A stretch of 64,000 nucleotides of DNA from Eledone cirrhosa. Its lineage: Eukaryota. Where the stretch lies: NCBI GenBank assembly GCA_964016885.1, contig OZ024743.1, positions 39,556,001-39,620,000 of the forward strand. Reading direction: 5' to 3'. Positions 24,201 through 38,414 of this stretch are shown piece after piece; within the stretch, counting starts at the first letter, position 1; each line of letters starts with the position of its first letter. Below the pieces are notes generated by a model, which saw only the letters and a list, made by a program, of their open reading frames with translations, ran no database searches and was not told the origin of the DNA. The position numbers were made by a program, and so were the translations under genes.

Positions 24201-24862
24201 GAGATGCGCGCGGGGCGACGAAACAGTCCTGCACGCACTCGTCCAATGTCCGAGCATTGCTGACTTGTGGGTTTATGTCGAACACCTGCTGTCGCGTGTA
24301 GGACGGATCCAGCTTTCAGCTGAGTCCATCGTGAGGATTGCCCCGCCCTCTTCCTTTAGCCGGGAAGGGAAGGCAGTTTTTATCTGTCTGGTGGCCATGG
24401 CGAAAGAGATAGTATGGTGGACACGTTTGAAAGGGCTGAAGAAGAGAAGTTACCTCTTCGGTGATGCCATGATTAACTTTTTCAACTTTCATTTGAAAAT
24501 GAAAATCAAGGTAGAAAGGGAAGTGCTCTCTTCCCAGCATTTTGTTGAAAGATGGTTGAGAGAGGCAAGAATGGCCCGAGTGAATGGGCCTACTCTGAGT
24601 ATGTGTCTGTAAATTAAAGGTGGAAAACTGGGAGAGGGCACTTGCCCTGGTGGTCAGGGTCACTGTGGCTTTTTAATGGGCTTTCTCCACGAATGTCCCT
24701 CGGAAGTCACCCCTCTATTGGAGAATTTTTTCATTATTCTATTATTACATCCTTTGTTTCTTGTTTTTTACACGCAGAAATGCTCATTTGTCCTGTCCTG
24801 TATTGTCCTGTACTGTCCTTAATGTCTACTTTATGTAAACCCTTGTGGTTAATAAAGAAATC
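21299..24862 (+). mobile_element. Tx1-like element subfamily B2, both ends present, most of APE and all RT deleted
   Basis: Inverted homologue of 13841-17590, with ORF1 remnants at 21517-23412 and the ORF2 start at 23447. At about 23620 it jumps to the post-RT region. Ends AATAAAGAAATC plus (ATT)n. Confidence 0.88.
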
Positions 24863-24879
24863 ATTATTATTATTATTAT

Positions 24880-27800
24880 AATTTTTTATTTTTTCATTAT
24901 TGTTTCTGAGATATATGCCGATTGTCTTCCTGACATCTAGGGCAAGTAAATTCACAGTGTGTATTGGTAAGCCAGTTAATACAGCCCATTGATTATAATT
25001 TAACAAAAAACAGTATACATATATATACACATGTCCATATGCATATGTAAATACAACGAGGGACATCAATCTTACAGAGATAGTGCTCTTCTCAATACGT
25101 GTGCAGTACCAGTCAAAACAATTTTTTGCACCTCGTGCAGAGAGGGTAAACCAGGAATTATTCGAAAATATTGTTCTGTTCCTTTCTTGATCATTCCCAG
25201 TCCTCCCACAATCACTGGAATTGTAACTGCCTTGAGGTGCCACATTTTCGCAATTTCAATAAGCAGATCTTTATATTTTCTTAGCATGTCAAATTCTTTC
25301 GCGGTGATATTCTGATCACATAGAATGCTCATATTTAACAATAAACATACCTTGTTATGTTGATCTTTTACAACGATGTCAGGTCTATTGCTTTTATGGC
25401 CCTGTCAGTATGTACAGGAAAGTCCCAGATAATTTTTACTTTTTCTCCTTCAGTTGCAGACTCAGGGTCATGATTGTACCACTTGTCCTCAGCTTTAATT
25501 TTGTAATGCTGACATATTACCCAGTGTAGATATTGGCCAACTCTGTCATGTCTATATTTGTATTCTACTGGGCATCCAGAGACGAAGGGATCCACTGTTT
25601 CAACCTCAGCATTGCAGAATCGGCATTTTGAGTTTATTCCGTTTCTCATCATATTGGCCTGGTAATTACGAGTCAATAAGCTACGGACCACATATTTGCC
25701 ATGCAGAGGTTTCTGCCCTTTTGCTTTTTCCAGTGATTTTATGTGCCTAGCAGTATCAGTCGCGACAGTTTCTTTAGTCTGTCCAGCCTGGGTATCAAGC
25801 ATGAGATCAGTAGCATATCTTTTGTTCTCCTTCAAGATAGCATGTAGCTTCTTACTTCTCTCATGCTTTTCAACAAGTTTCGGCATATAGTCGTTAGTTG
25901 TTTCAAGGTATTTGGCCAGTCCAATGATGGTGGTCTTGTAAGCAAGTTCATATTGGATCAGGCCGCGGCCTCTTTGAGTTCTAGGAAGGTAAAGACGATC
26001 CACATCTGCTTTTGGGTGGTGCATCTTATTACAAGCTTACGGACTTTGTTGTCGAATCTTTTGATTTCACTCATATTCCAGTTCAACACACCGAAGCTAT
26101 AAGTGACAACTGGGACTGCCAAGGAATTTATGGCTAGCACCTTGTTACGAGCGTTTAGTTCTCATCTCAGAACTGCACGTACTCTCCTGTAACATTCTAT
26201 CCTTATGCTATCTTTCATACTTGCATGCTGTATGCCAGAGCCCTCATTAATCCCTAAGTATATATAGGTTCGTTCCTGCTCAAGTTCCTTTATGAGTGTT
26301 TCAGCATCCAATTCAACTGAGTCTGATTTGACAAGCTTCCCCTTCTTGAAAGAGGGTTTTGCACACTTGTCAAGTCGAAACCCCATCCTGATGTCATCGC
26401 TAAACGCTTTTACTGTCCGCAAAAAGCCTTCCAGTTCGTCATTATATTTGCAATATAGCTTCAAATCATCCATATACAATATGTGGCCTAATTTCTTTGT
26501 TATCAATTATATAACCGTACCCTGTCTATTAAGTTCGGATGCAAGGGGTATTAAAGCTATGCAGAAAAGCAAGGGTGAAAGTTAGTCACCCTGGAATATA
26601 TTACAGTTGATGTTTATATTCCTAGAGCACAGTACCCCAGTGGAATGAGACAATTGGAGATGTGTGTTCCATAATGACATATTGTGTTTCAAGAAGTCTG
26701 AGATGACAGGTGAGATTTTGAAGATCTCCAGTGATTTCAGAATCCATGAGTGTGGTATGCTGTCAAAGGCTTTTATATAATCGATCCATGCAGAACTGAG
26801 ATTTCTGTGTTTATTATGACAGTTCTCAAGGATCATACGATTAATCAAAAGTTGATCTTTGCAACCATATGAACATTGTCGGCACTCTTTTTGTTCAATG
26901 GGGAAAAGATTCTTCTCCTCCAAAAACACGTATGCTTTTTCCATGAGAATAGAGGTTAATAGTTTATAAGTGGTGGACAAGCAGGTTAATGGCCGATAGT
27001 TTTTTGGTCTTTGGTTTCGTTGTTCTTTGGTAGAAGGTAGGTAATGCCAATTGCTATCCAATCATGTTTATTTTTGGGATATTTCATAATTCAATTAAAC
27101 AACTTGACCAATATATTGTGAGTGCACCGGAGTGAGGAAAGCCAGAAATGTGGCACCCTGTCTTTTAAAGGAGATTTCCATTTATGAGATTTATTGAGTG
27201 CTGTCCTTAATTCGGCTATAGAGATGTCTTCCTACGCCTGTTCTTATACATTTGTGTAGGATTTTTCCAGGCGACTAATCCAATTTTGCCTGTAGAAGTT
27301 GTTTCGCTTCTCGGATCTACGAATTCGTTGGGCTTTTACTTGGACTTTTTGTTTCAGAGATACTTTTGTTGAAACTATTGCTTCTCTAGAAGACAGTCCA
27401 TATTTTCTCTTTAGCTTTCTTACCTTCTTGGATCTTATATCATTTCCAGCGGTTAACTCACTAAATAAAAAGATTTCTCCTCTCATAACCTCAATCTCCT
27501 TTTCGTTTCTACTCCTCCAAATTTGTTTACTTCGAAGGTTCGACTTCTTTTGTTTTTTTTTATGGTAAACAACTTGTTTCAATTACTCTAGCAGATACAT
27601 AAATGATTTCATTTAACTCAGTAAGATCAGGTTCTAGTTCTTCTATGATTTCTTTTGTCACAGAATTACCAATCATGATTTGTTTTCTATTTTGGATCGT
27701 ATTTGGGAGTTTTTGAAGTGGTTCTCTATCATTTATACTAGAATGTCTTACTACTGCAAGCTCATTTCAATATTTTTTGCTCTAATTCCTTCATTGTCTC

Positions 27801-28543
27801 CCTATGTTCTTCAGCAGATGTTTGGTTTTCAATTACCGTTTCCATGTCCCTCTCCTGGCTATTTTCAGCCGGTTCAATAGGGTTTCTCATTTCTACAAAC
27901 CTATTTGTGATTTGGTACGATGGAGGTCTTCAGTAAAGACTTGTGACTCGTTACTATCTCCAGGAGATTCTTCAGTTCTTTCAGCATTTATATTTATGTC
28001 ATTCTCCACAGACTGCCCGATCGCAGTTAGTTCAGTTTCTGTGAGTCTATTATTTCTGAAGATATAACTCCTTACATTTGCCAACTTATTTCTCTCCATA
28101 TCAAGTCTGCTAGCTCGATTCAGAGTTTTCCAGATTTTGTAGGAGTTTAAAGTGTGCCTGTCTTCTGATGGCTTACCTAATGCATAGTAATATGCATATA
28201 TTACTTCTTTATACTCTTCTGGGGTCCATTTCATCCTTTTAGGTTTTTCCTTTTGAGGTGGTTTGGGTGGTGGATCTGGAGGGCTCGAGTTAGGGCAATC
28301 CACGATCAAGTGACCATCCAGGTCCATAATTGGAGAAGAGTTTCTGCCAGAGGAGGAATTTTCAATCTCAGGTTGGCACCTTCCTGAGGGACGCGCTTCC
28401 TGATTAACCATAGGAAAAGCGATTTGGTATTGTGTATTCATTTGTATTTGTTCATCCCGCAGTACATGCTTGCGTTACGCATGGTATTGGACTACATGGA
28501 CAGTTGCCCGGCTCTCTGGGCATTTGGTGGCTGGCATTGAGAT
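24880..28543 (-). mobile_element. R4/Dong-like family D, near full length, degenerate
   Basis: N-terminal KWTPEEYKEV, RT (NYRPLTCL, IFQGD, LYMDDLKL), YRHDRVG and endonuclease C-terminus (KYKDL..TIPVIVGGLG). The 3' end lies next to (TTA)n. Confidence 0.88.
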
Positions 28544-28556
28544 CATTATACTGTTG

Positions 28557-28740
28557 TAGGGCAGTGATTTGGCAGTACCGGTAGAGGGTCGGACATGTTT
28601 TCCAGCGTAGTTACGTCCTTTTACTGTCTTAGTTCAAATCCCTCCGAGGTTAAATTTGCCTTTCATCCTTATGAGGTCGATAAAATAAAGTAACAGTAAT
28701 GTACTGGGTAATTGCTGGCCTTGTGCCAAAAGGAGAAACA
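28557..28740 (+). mobile_element. tRNA-derived SINE
   Basis: A-box-like TGGCAGTACCGG, B-box-like GTTCAAATCC and body ...TTTGCCTTTCATCC..GGTCGATAAAATAAAGTA, shared with five other copies in the window. Confidence 0.85.
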
Positions 28741-28844
28741 ATTATTACTATTATAACAATATAATTATGGTCTTTGCTGTTGTTGATTGAGGTGATATTG
28801 TTATGGTTGCAGCTGTAATATTATTATTATTATTGCTATTATTG

Positions 28845-31660
28845 TTCTTTAAGTCTCAGTCCTTGCTGTTATTTAACTGTAAAATTTGTTGAAATGAATA
28901 TCAAGCCACTACCTGCAGCCTCAGATATTCAGGACGTATCGGAGGGTTCTTGCTGTTTGAGCAAGGATGCCTTTTGAAGTGTTCAAAAAAGCGGGGCTGG
29001 CAAATCTTATTTACCACCATTGGAAACTCTTTGATATAGTACCTACTGCGCCTATGACAATCGGTACGACCTTGACCGTATGGCAGTTCCAAATCCGTTT
29101 TAACTCTCAGTTTAAGTCCTGGTATCGGTTAATTTTCTCCCTCTCCTTTTCTTGCACTCTCGTGTCAAATGGGCAGGCTACATCTACAATCAGGCATGAT
29201 CTTTTCTCCTTTTCCAAAACCACCAGGTCAGGCCTATTGTGTTCTAATTTCTTGTCCGTCTGTATCCTAAAATCCCATAACACCTTCACCTGATCGTTTA
29301 CTATCATCGACTCTGGCTTATGCTCATACTACTTCTCAGAATGTGGTAAATTGTTTACTTTGCATAGATGCAAGTGGATCACCCTGCCTATCACGTCATG
29401 TCTCCATGTTGGCTATGTGTTTACACTCGGATACAATGTGACCCACAGTCTCCTCTCTCTCCACAGATCCTACACAGTGAGCTGGCCTCCTCCTTGTAAA
29501 TATGGTGTTTCACCCACTTCTTTCTGAGCGCTTGCTCTTGTGCAGCCACTAACATTCCTTCTGTAGCCTTTTTAAGGTCTCCTCTTTTTAACAGTTCCAT
29601 GTCTGTGGATCTCTAAATTCAGTTTTCCTAAAGAAGGTACAATGAAGGGATTTTTCATGAAAGTTGCTCTTCCTCCTTGTTATCTCCTCATTGGTCATCT
29701 CTTGGTCCATTGTCTTCTCCTTCAGTAAAACTTTGAGCATTGGCTCACTACTGTCAGTCACATGTTTGTACAGGTTGTCTTTCTCCATCTGAACACAATC
29801 CTCTATGCTGATAAACCTCTTCCACCTTCAGATCTCTTTAAGTAGAATATATCGACATCACTCCTCTTGTGGAACATGTTGTAGATAGTCAATAGCTTCC
29901 TAGTCTTCCTATCCATTTCATTTTGTTCAGCAACATTCCATTTCAGAATTCCCGCACTGTACCTAATAATAGACATAGCGCGGGAATTCACTGCACTTAT
30001 GACGTTCCTACTATTTAGATGTGATTTTAATACGCTCCCTACTCTCCTAATTTACTCAGATCTTATCAGTTCTTTCATTTTTTTGTTCTTGGTGTCATCT
30101 GCCTCCAGAACACCTAAATATGTGTATCCCTCCTCAGTGTCAATTTCCTTTATCATCTCACCTGTTGGTACCTGGATTCCGTTGCTTCTGCTCAATTTAC
30201 GCCTCTGCATAACTAGTACTCCACACGTATTAATACTAAATTCCATACATATATCATTGCTGAAAATACGGACAGTGTCAACAAGTACATCCGACTCCTT
30301 CTCACTCTCCCAGAAGAGTTTAAGATCGTCCATGAGGAGGTGGTTGATGGTAAGCTCTCTTTTTCCAAACTTGTCTCCTCCTCTCACTTTTCGCAATATA
30401 ACGGTCAGTGCTACCAGGGCAAGGACAAACAGCAGAAGGGACAAAATATCTCCCTGGAAGATACCTCTCTTGATCTTCACGCCTACCACGTATTCTCCAC
30501 CCGATGTTACCTCTGTTTCCCAGGACTTCATACTTTTGCTCAACAACCCTCTGATATTATCTGCCACCTTGAAGATCTCTAGGCTTTGGGTTATCGAAGA
30601 ATGAGATACCATATCGAATGCATTTTTGTAATCTATCCATCCCATGGCAAGATCAATGTGACTCCTCTGGCCATTCCTCATTACCATCTTATCAATATGT
30701 AGCTGGTCTTTTGTTCAATGGGACTTCTTTCGGCATACCTTTTGTTCGTCCGGTAGCAAATTGTTTATGTGGAGGTGATGGTAGATTTCCTCAAACACAA
30801 TGCTTGTTAACAGTTTCCACATTACGGACAGACATGTGATAGATCTATAGTTGCTAACATCATTACCCTTGATTCGGTCTTTCATTACCAGAACTATGGT
30901 ACCTTTTTTCTACGACTCTGGTACCTCACCCGGCATCAAGCAGTCATTGAACATGGTTGTCAGTTTCGGGTGGAGGGATGTTATAGTTTTAATCCAATAT
31001 CTAGGCCTGGTGATTTCCAGTTGGTTAGATTTTTGGCCTGCTCTTTAAGAGTTTCAACTGTGATACTCAAATCAGTTTTCGGTGTGCCTGTTTACTAATC
31101 TCCTTTTGAACTCTCTCAATCCACACTGCCTGGCCATTATGTTCAACATCATGCTCTTTTTTCCCCCCTTCAAGTTGCCCAAACAACATATTCTGGTTGT
31201 TGTCAAACATGCAGTTCTGTCTATACTGAATATTTCAGCTCTCATACCGCCTAATCTTTGCATTTTGTTATACAATGCGTTGCTTCAGTACCCCGATGAT
31301 AATATTTAGCTTTTTCCCCCCTAGATTTGTATTTTATTTCCAATCTATCTTTAGTGTCTATATTTTGTAATGACCCATTCAGTAAGGACTCAAGCTTTCC
31401 AATGTTTTTTCTCATTTCCTTGATTTGACCATTCAGTCGTTTCTTCGACCAAGGTTCAGATCTTTCTTGTTTGTTATTTCCTCTCGTTTTTATGCCAAGT
31501 AATTTCCTCACCGTATTTGCGGTTGCTTTGAGGATATTGTTGCATTGGTGAAGGTTCCTCGCATCAATGTATGGGACGACTTTGTTTACCTTAGCTGTTG
31601 TTTCTTTTAACTTTTTCCTGTCTACAAATCTTAGGTTCTTAGGTTTTCCACTATCATTGT
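28845..31660 (-). mobile_element. R4/Dong-like family C, 5'-truncated, degenerate
   Basis: WIDYKNAFD, GIFQGDILS, HLLMDDLKL, GGRGL, NRPDLVV..IVDVACPFD. Confidence 0.87.
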
Positions 31661-31684
31661 GTTTTATTATTTCTTATTAATTTT

Positions 31685-32346
31685 ATTCTTTGAGTTTCAG
31701 TCATTGATGTTATTCAACTGGAAAGTTTGTTGATATGAATATCAAGCCGCTACCTGCAGCCTCAGATATTCAGGACGTATCGGAGGGTCCTTGCTGTTCG
31801 GAGCAAGCATGCCTTTTGAAGTGTTCCAAAAAGCGGGGCTGGACTAATCTTCTTTAACGATCCTTTGAAACTCTTTGAGATAGTACCTAGTGTGCCTATT
31901 ACAATCGGAACGACTCTGACTTCATGGCAGTTTCAAATCCTTTTTACCTCCCACTTTAAGACCTGTTATCGGTTAATTTTCTCCCTCTCCTTTTCTTGAA
32001 CGTTCGTGTTAAATGGGCAGGCTACATCTATAATCAGGCACGATCTTTTTTCGTTGTCCAAAACCATTAGTATTCTGTTCTAATTTCTTGTCCGTCTGTA
32101 TCCTAAAATCCCACAGCACCTTCACCTAATCGTTTTCTATCACAGGCTCTGGCTTATGCTCATACCACTTTTCAGAATGTGGTAAATTGTTTACTTTGCA
32201 TGGGTGACAGTGGGTCACCCTACCCATCACACCATGTCTCCAGCATTTATAGTGAGTCTGGGCTAGGTGTTTACACTCGGATACAATGCGAGCCACAATC
32301 TCCTCTCTCTCCATAGATCCTACACAGTGGGCTAGCCTCTTCCTCC
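31685..32346 (-). mobile_element. R4/Dong-like family C, short 5'-truncated copy
   Basis: Second copy of the zinc-knuckle/endonuclease 3' end (similar to 28850-29490). Its 5' junction is at (TTA)n 32347-32380. Confidence 0.85.
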
Positions 32347-32380
<34 letters not shown>

Positions 32381-35300
32381 GCACGCATATGTGTGAAGAC
32401 AGTACAAATCTTCGTGGGAAAAGGTTCGTAACTTTAAGCTGTTTAAAAGTATCATTTTTGTATTTTATTGTCGTTAACGAAACATAAGGTTTCAAGAGAT
32501 GGACACCTCTCAATATTCGTGCTTTAAGCCCGAATATTCAGATTTGCTTTTAAAAACTTCGAAAGAAATCGCTTCCCCAGCAAAAAGAAATATGGAAATG
32601 TTCGACCTTGAAACGGTAAACAACGTTCAGGTCAAAAGTTTAAAAGCAGCCACTGTAGATTTCACCACGACTACGACTGCTACAGACATGTCTGTCGTCC
32701 ACTCTACTGAATGTGAAGGCAAAACCCCAAAGCTACCATCACAACCTTCTGTGTTAGCAGCAGTATCATCTGAAAACGACATCACCACCACCAACGCCAC
32801 AACCACCAACACCACAACAACTCCGAGCAATACCCACAATAACACCGACAGCTTCAATGTAAACACGGATGGCGGTGGCAAGAGCCACAACAAACAAAAT
32901 AACAACAACAACAACCCCAATAACAACAGCAAGAACGACAACACCAACAACAGCATCAGAAGCACCACATTTGCTGCAGCAGCAGCAGCAACAACAAAGC
33001 TTATTGAATATTGATACTAGCGATAAAGACGAACAGTTGGCCCAGGCGTGGAGGCTAATTAAACGGGAGAAATCCTGGGCAAACCTGACCATCTCCGACG
33101 GGGTAATAGCGGCCATGCAAACGAAGACGGTGTACTTTCGATGCATTTCGGTGCAGACTCGAAAAGTGGAACTTGCCAGCAAAGCAGATGTCGAGGCTGC
33201 TTTGGAGTGCATCGGAAGTAACATAGATTATAAAGCAAGAGGATAACAGTTCGGTACCATCTCGGTACTGTTCAAAACCGAGGCCCTTGCTATTAAGCAC
33301 TCGGTGACACCCTGCAGAACGGAACGCATTATCATGCATCCGTCCTACATGGGTACACGGACAGTAAAGGTCCGCATTCCCAGCATCCCACCAGGAATGA
33401 ACATATGGGGGCTGCTGGGATGCGTAATCGAGGAGAGGTCAGACAATACCCTCCTGGATATCAAAAGGACAGAGAGAGAGTACTGGTTCGGAATGGATTT
33501 GGATATTCTTCTCCAAATGAAACCGCAGGACATGAAAAACATACCTGATTTTGCCCGCCGTGCAGGACAGGACAACAATTCAACTAATCACTGAGGGAAG
33601 AAGGCCACGGTGCTTCGTCTGCGTGGAATCAACGCATCTGCAAGCCTTCTGTCCTCAGCGCAAAAATGCAGGGGGTCGCAAACATCCTTTGTTGCCAACG
33701 CCAGTGTCAGCACGGAAAGCTGCCCACCACCACCATCAAAACCAACACCAACAAAGACACGGACACCAACATCAAAAACAGCCGGATCACCACCAACACC
33801 AAAACCAATCCAAGGGGAAAACGAGGAAAGCGCTCCCACTCAACCCCACCCCCAATTATACGCATAGACAAAACAATAAACGCAAGAACAGACACAGAGA
33901 CACTCACAGCCACAGACCCTTTGTCTTCCAGCAGGGAAGGGGAAGGAAAACCGAAAAGGGCCAAAAAAAAACAGAGAAAACTCACAAAAAAAAAGCCCCA
34001 ACAAAATACAAAAACATACACAACAGAAAATACAGACAACACTAACGCAAACACTTCCCCAATAACATAGGCACCAACAGCAACCTCGACACCACCCCCA
34101 CAATCCCCGAAATGCAAACAACCTAAACAAACACAAGTACAAATAAACACACAAATACCTGAAATTGCAGACACCACCCCTACAACAAACACAGACATAC
34201 CGGAAACAACACCACCAAAACCATCACCACCACTGTCACCAAAACGAAAACAAATAAAATCACACTAACAAAATGTTAAAAACTTCGTGCTTGTCAGAAG
34301 AGCCAACGATAAACTGAGAGCTCTCTTAGCACGAAGCGAGGACATTCAAACAGAGGGCGAGATTTTTGAATTGAGCACATTTTGCGTGCCAGAAGATTAG
34401 CTTCTGGTCCGAATGTCACTCACTTCCTTCAAAGTAATTCGAGAGAGCTTTCCTCAAGACATGGGAACCCCGAATGTGAAACCCACATTGAGACTTTTAA
34501 AGGGGTTCACAAAAGAAACCCCACAAGACCCCGGGAGGTAAGTAAACCTTCCCTCTCTCTCTTAGCTTGCCAACATGGCCATATTAAGAGTAGGAAGTTT
34601 AAATGTTCGCGGCCTGGGTTCACCCTGGAAGCAGGGTCGCCTGCTCAACGACATCAGGTGGCTGGAAATGGATGTGATTGCCGTCAGCGAGACCAGAATT
34701 TCCGACAAGCGCGCACTAGCCCCCATTTTCGACGACTATCAGATCTTCGCATCTGTTAGCAGACCGGGAATGGGGGGGTTGTGGGTGGGTGGACGTGCTG
34801 TTTAGGAAAGGACTGGATCTCGAGGTAAGGTGGATCTTCCGGGACCCGGACGGTAAGTTGGTGGTCTTGGATTTGAGCAGTAGCGAAGGTGGGACCTTTA
34901 GACTGCTGGCCGTGTACGCCCCTACAGGCGCCGGACGACCGGATTTCTTTAAGTGCCTGGAGAACTTTCTGGGTACGTCTCGCCCTTTACTGTTAGCGGC
35001 GGACTGAAATGGCATCTTAGATGCACTCTGGCATTGTGTGGGAGTGGCCGATAGGAGCGGGTGGTGCAAAAGCTTCAAGCACCTACACGGCAAGTTCCAA
35101 CTGTCTGACAGGTAACGACTAGATTTCCCCAATGTGCTAGTATCGACATGGACCAACCGAATCGTATATAGACAGGATCTTCATTAGGAAAATAGATAGA
35201 AATAGTGTAGGCTTCCCACTCTTTAAAACGGTCGCCTATTCAGATCACAAATTTGTGATCTGTTCGGTCGACCTAGATAAAACGCGTAGGTTAGGACCGG

Positions 35301-38221
35301 GTTACTGGAAGCTGAACATGACATTTCCGCCACGTAAGGCTTACAGGGACCGAGTCAACAATTTTGTTAAGCAAAAGCTGACAGGGGGAATCATCAACAA
35401 CAGATAGAGGGGGGCTTTAAAAGAGAGATTAGAGTAACTTCGATAGAGTTCAGCAAAGAACTAGCGTTAGAGAAAAATAGAAAGGAGGGGGAGCTGGTAG
35501 ATAAGTTAGACGAGGCTATTTGTAGTGGCATTGCAACTGACGTGCTAGCGGCGAGAATGGCATTTGCCCATTGCTTCAATGCGAAACACGAAGGTTGAAT
35601 TGTCAGAGCTAAAGCGCGTGCGCTGAGAAAAGAAGGAACCAACGCTTTTCGATGGGGCCGCGTGGTGGAGGCTCAGCGTGGTAAGAAAACCACAATTCGG
35701 TCTTTGGCGGACCGAGACGGACACGGGATAAGCGATTCCAAGCGGATATGTGAGGCCTTTCGCCAACACTTTGCTCGGTTGTTCGGGGAGAGTGGCGAGT
35801 TAGAGAGACTAGCGGATTTTAGTCCCTACATTGACGGCTTGCCGCGCATTTCGACGGTCGAGGCTGAGCGCTGCGAAAGGCCGATTACTTCAGCCGAAAT
35901 TCAGGACGCCATTGTCGGCTGTATGAGGCGCCAGTTTGGATGGCCTGCCCTACGTGCTTTACGTAAATATGCCAGACTTGTTCTCCGATCTCCTCGAAGC
36001 ACTCTACTGCAACTGGTAGCAGAATGGGCGTATTCCCAGTTCTGTGAGCAGGGGAGTGGTGACACTGATAAGGAAAGACGAGAAAGTTGTCTAATACATT
36101 AGACAACTTCAGGCCCATACCTCTGCTCAACACAGAGTTTAAGATTTTGGCCAAGGTGCTAGCAAAGAGAATGGCGCTTGTCGTCGAGGATCTGGTTAGG
36201 GAGGCGCAAACTATCGCAATCCCAGCCAGGTCCATACACGACAATCTCCACCTCATGCGATACATCATAGAGAGGGTAGGGTGTAAACCTGGCTTAGGTG
36301 GGGCACTGATCAATTTAGATCAATCGAAAGCATTCGATAGGGTCGACCATCTGTAGTTGGAGTTTGTCCTCAAAGCACGTGGCTACGACCCTATCTTCAG
36401 AAGCTGGATCGCTGCAATGCACAGCGGCACACGCTCGGTGGTCAAGGTTAATGGCCACCTCTCGGAACCATTTCGGCTCTCCTGATCGGTCCGTCAAAGG
36501 TGTCCTCTCTCTTCCCTTCTGTACGTATTAACTCACGAGCCTTTACTGCGGAAGCTGGAGCTGTTGCAGGGCTTCCCGCTCGAACCGAGTACGTGGAAAG
36601 GATGTGGCGGCTTATGCGGACGTCAACACCGTGATTGTGTCGAACACCTCAGAAATCGAGGTGGTCGGCACCTTATCGAAGGAATATGAAAGGTTGACAG
36701 GAGCCAAACTTAACCCGGAAAAGTCGGTAGACTTGCAGCTCGGAACCTGGAGAGGCGAGCCCATGCCGTCCAACAGCGTCGTGGGGCGCTGGACGGACGG
36801 ACCGGTAAAGTTTATCGGGGTTTGGGAGGAGGTAATGAGCAGAGTAGCCAGTCTCACCCAAAAATGGGCTGGGAGGAAGCTATCAATGAAAGGTCGTCCG
36901 GAGGTGGCGAATGCGTACATCGCGTCCGTCATCTGCTACCGCTTGACCGTTGTGCCTTGCCCCCGTCCGCGCCTCGTCAAGTTGGAACGGCTCCTCTTCA
37001 AATTCTAGTGGAGGGGACAAGTTCCGTTTCTGAGGCGGTCCATCTGCTGCCAGCACCCTCTACACGGAGGGCTGGGCATGCGTGGCTAATGATGCGCAGA
37101 AATGCGTTGAGGCTGCGACATCTCAAGATATTCTGTCTCAACGGTGAACAGGTGTGATCGCCGCTTATCAGACGGGCCTTTCCGCAGCTCATTTCTTTGA
37201 TTGAGCTGCAGTCCTGGGTCAAGAAGAGACCGAGACTGGGTGACTGGCACCTGGAATGTTGCCAGACACTACCTGCCCTCAACCAAGCGGGCAATGTGAT
37301 CAGTGGAACTTCCACTCTCGAGTTCTATAGAGGATTAGTGGTGGGAAAGTGCGATGACGCACTCGGAGAAGCTTTGGGTCTCGACGATGTCGAACTGACC
37401 TGTCTCTACCGGAGGATTTTCGAGCCAGGGACGATGGACAATTTCCAGAAATCCCTCGCTTGGCAGTGCTACCGCACTGCCGGTTCGGGGTAAACTCTAC
37501 AAGCACGGAAGTGATGTCAAACGGACCTCCCCAAGATGCGCACAGAACGACGAAACCGTTCTGCACGCACTTGTCCAATGCCCGTGTATTACTGACTTGT
37601 GGAGTTATGTCGAATAGCTATTGACGCGTGTGGAACGAATCCGGCTATCGGCCGAGTCCATAATGAAGATCGACCCGCCGCCTTCCTTAGGTCAGGAAGA
37701 GCAGGAAATTTTCCTCTGTCTGGTGGCAGTTGCGAAAGATGTTATATGGTGGACCCGGTTAAACGGACTGAAGACAGACACTTTTCTCTTCGGCCAATCC
37801 CTCATCAACTTTTTCAAGTTTCACCTGGAAAGGAAGGTGAAGGTGAGGAGGGAAGTGCTACCACAAGTACATTTGCTAAAAGGTGAATGAATGTGCGAGA
37901 ATGGCTCGTGTGAATGGGCCTACTATGACCATGCTGCTATAGGCTAGTTAACTTGAGGAGTGTGGTGTTCTTCCTGGGTGCCCTAGAAGCGCAGAGTGCT
38001 TCAGAATTGGTGGGATACTCGAGTCACCCCAGGGTCGTCCACCCCTTATCGGGGAATTTATTTTGTCATACTTATGCATAGTTTATTTTATATTTGTATA
38101 TCTTCATTGTTAAATTAGACTTGCCATTGTGAATTTTTACTCGACCTTATTGTAAACCCACACTGTCCCAGTCTTTGTATTGTCCCCTACGTGTCGGCCC
38201 TTGTTGCTAATAAATTAAATC
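32381..38221 (+). mobile_element. Full-length but degenerate Tx1-like element related to B1
   Basis: ORF1 remnants at 32499-34540 and ORF2 remnants from 34575 (MAILRVGSLNVRGLG) to about 37940, with many stops and frameshifts. Both ends in (TTA)n. Confidence 0.9.
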
Positions 38222-38231
38222 ATTATTATTA

Positions 38232-38414
38232 TTTGGATTGGCAGTATCGGTAGAGTGTCAGGCGCCGCCATGCTTTGCAGCACAGTTACGTCCCTTTACG
38301 AACTGAGTTCAAATCCTGCCGAGGTTAACTTTGCCTTTCATCCCTACGGGGTCGATAAAATCAAGTACCAGAAATGTACTGGGTAATTGCTGGCCTTGTG
38401 CCAAAAGTAGAAAC
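38232..38414 (+). mobile_element. tRNA-derived SINE
   Basis: TGGCAGTATCGG A box, GAGTTCAAATCC B box, conserved body and (ATT)n tail. Confidence 0.87.
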
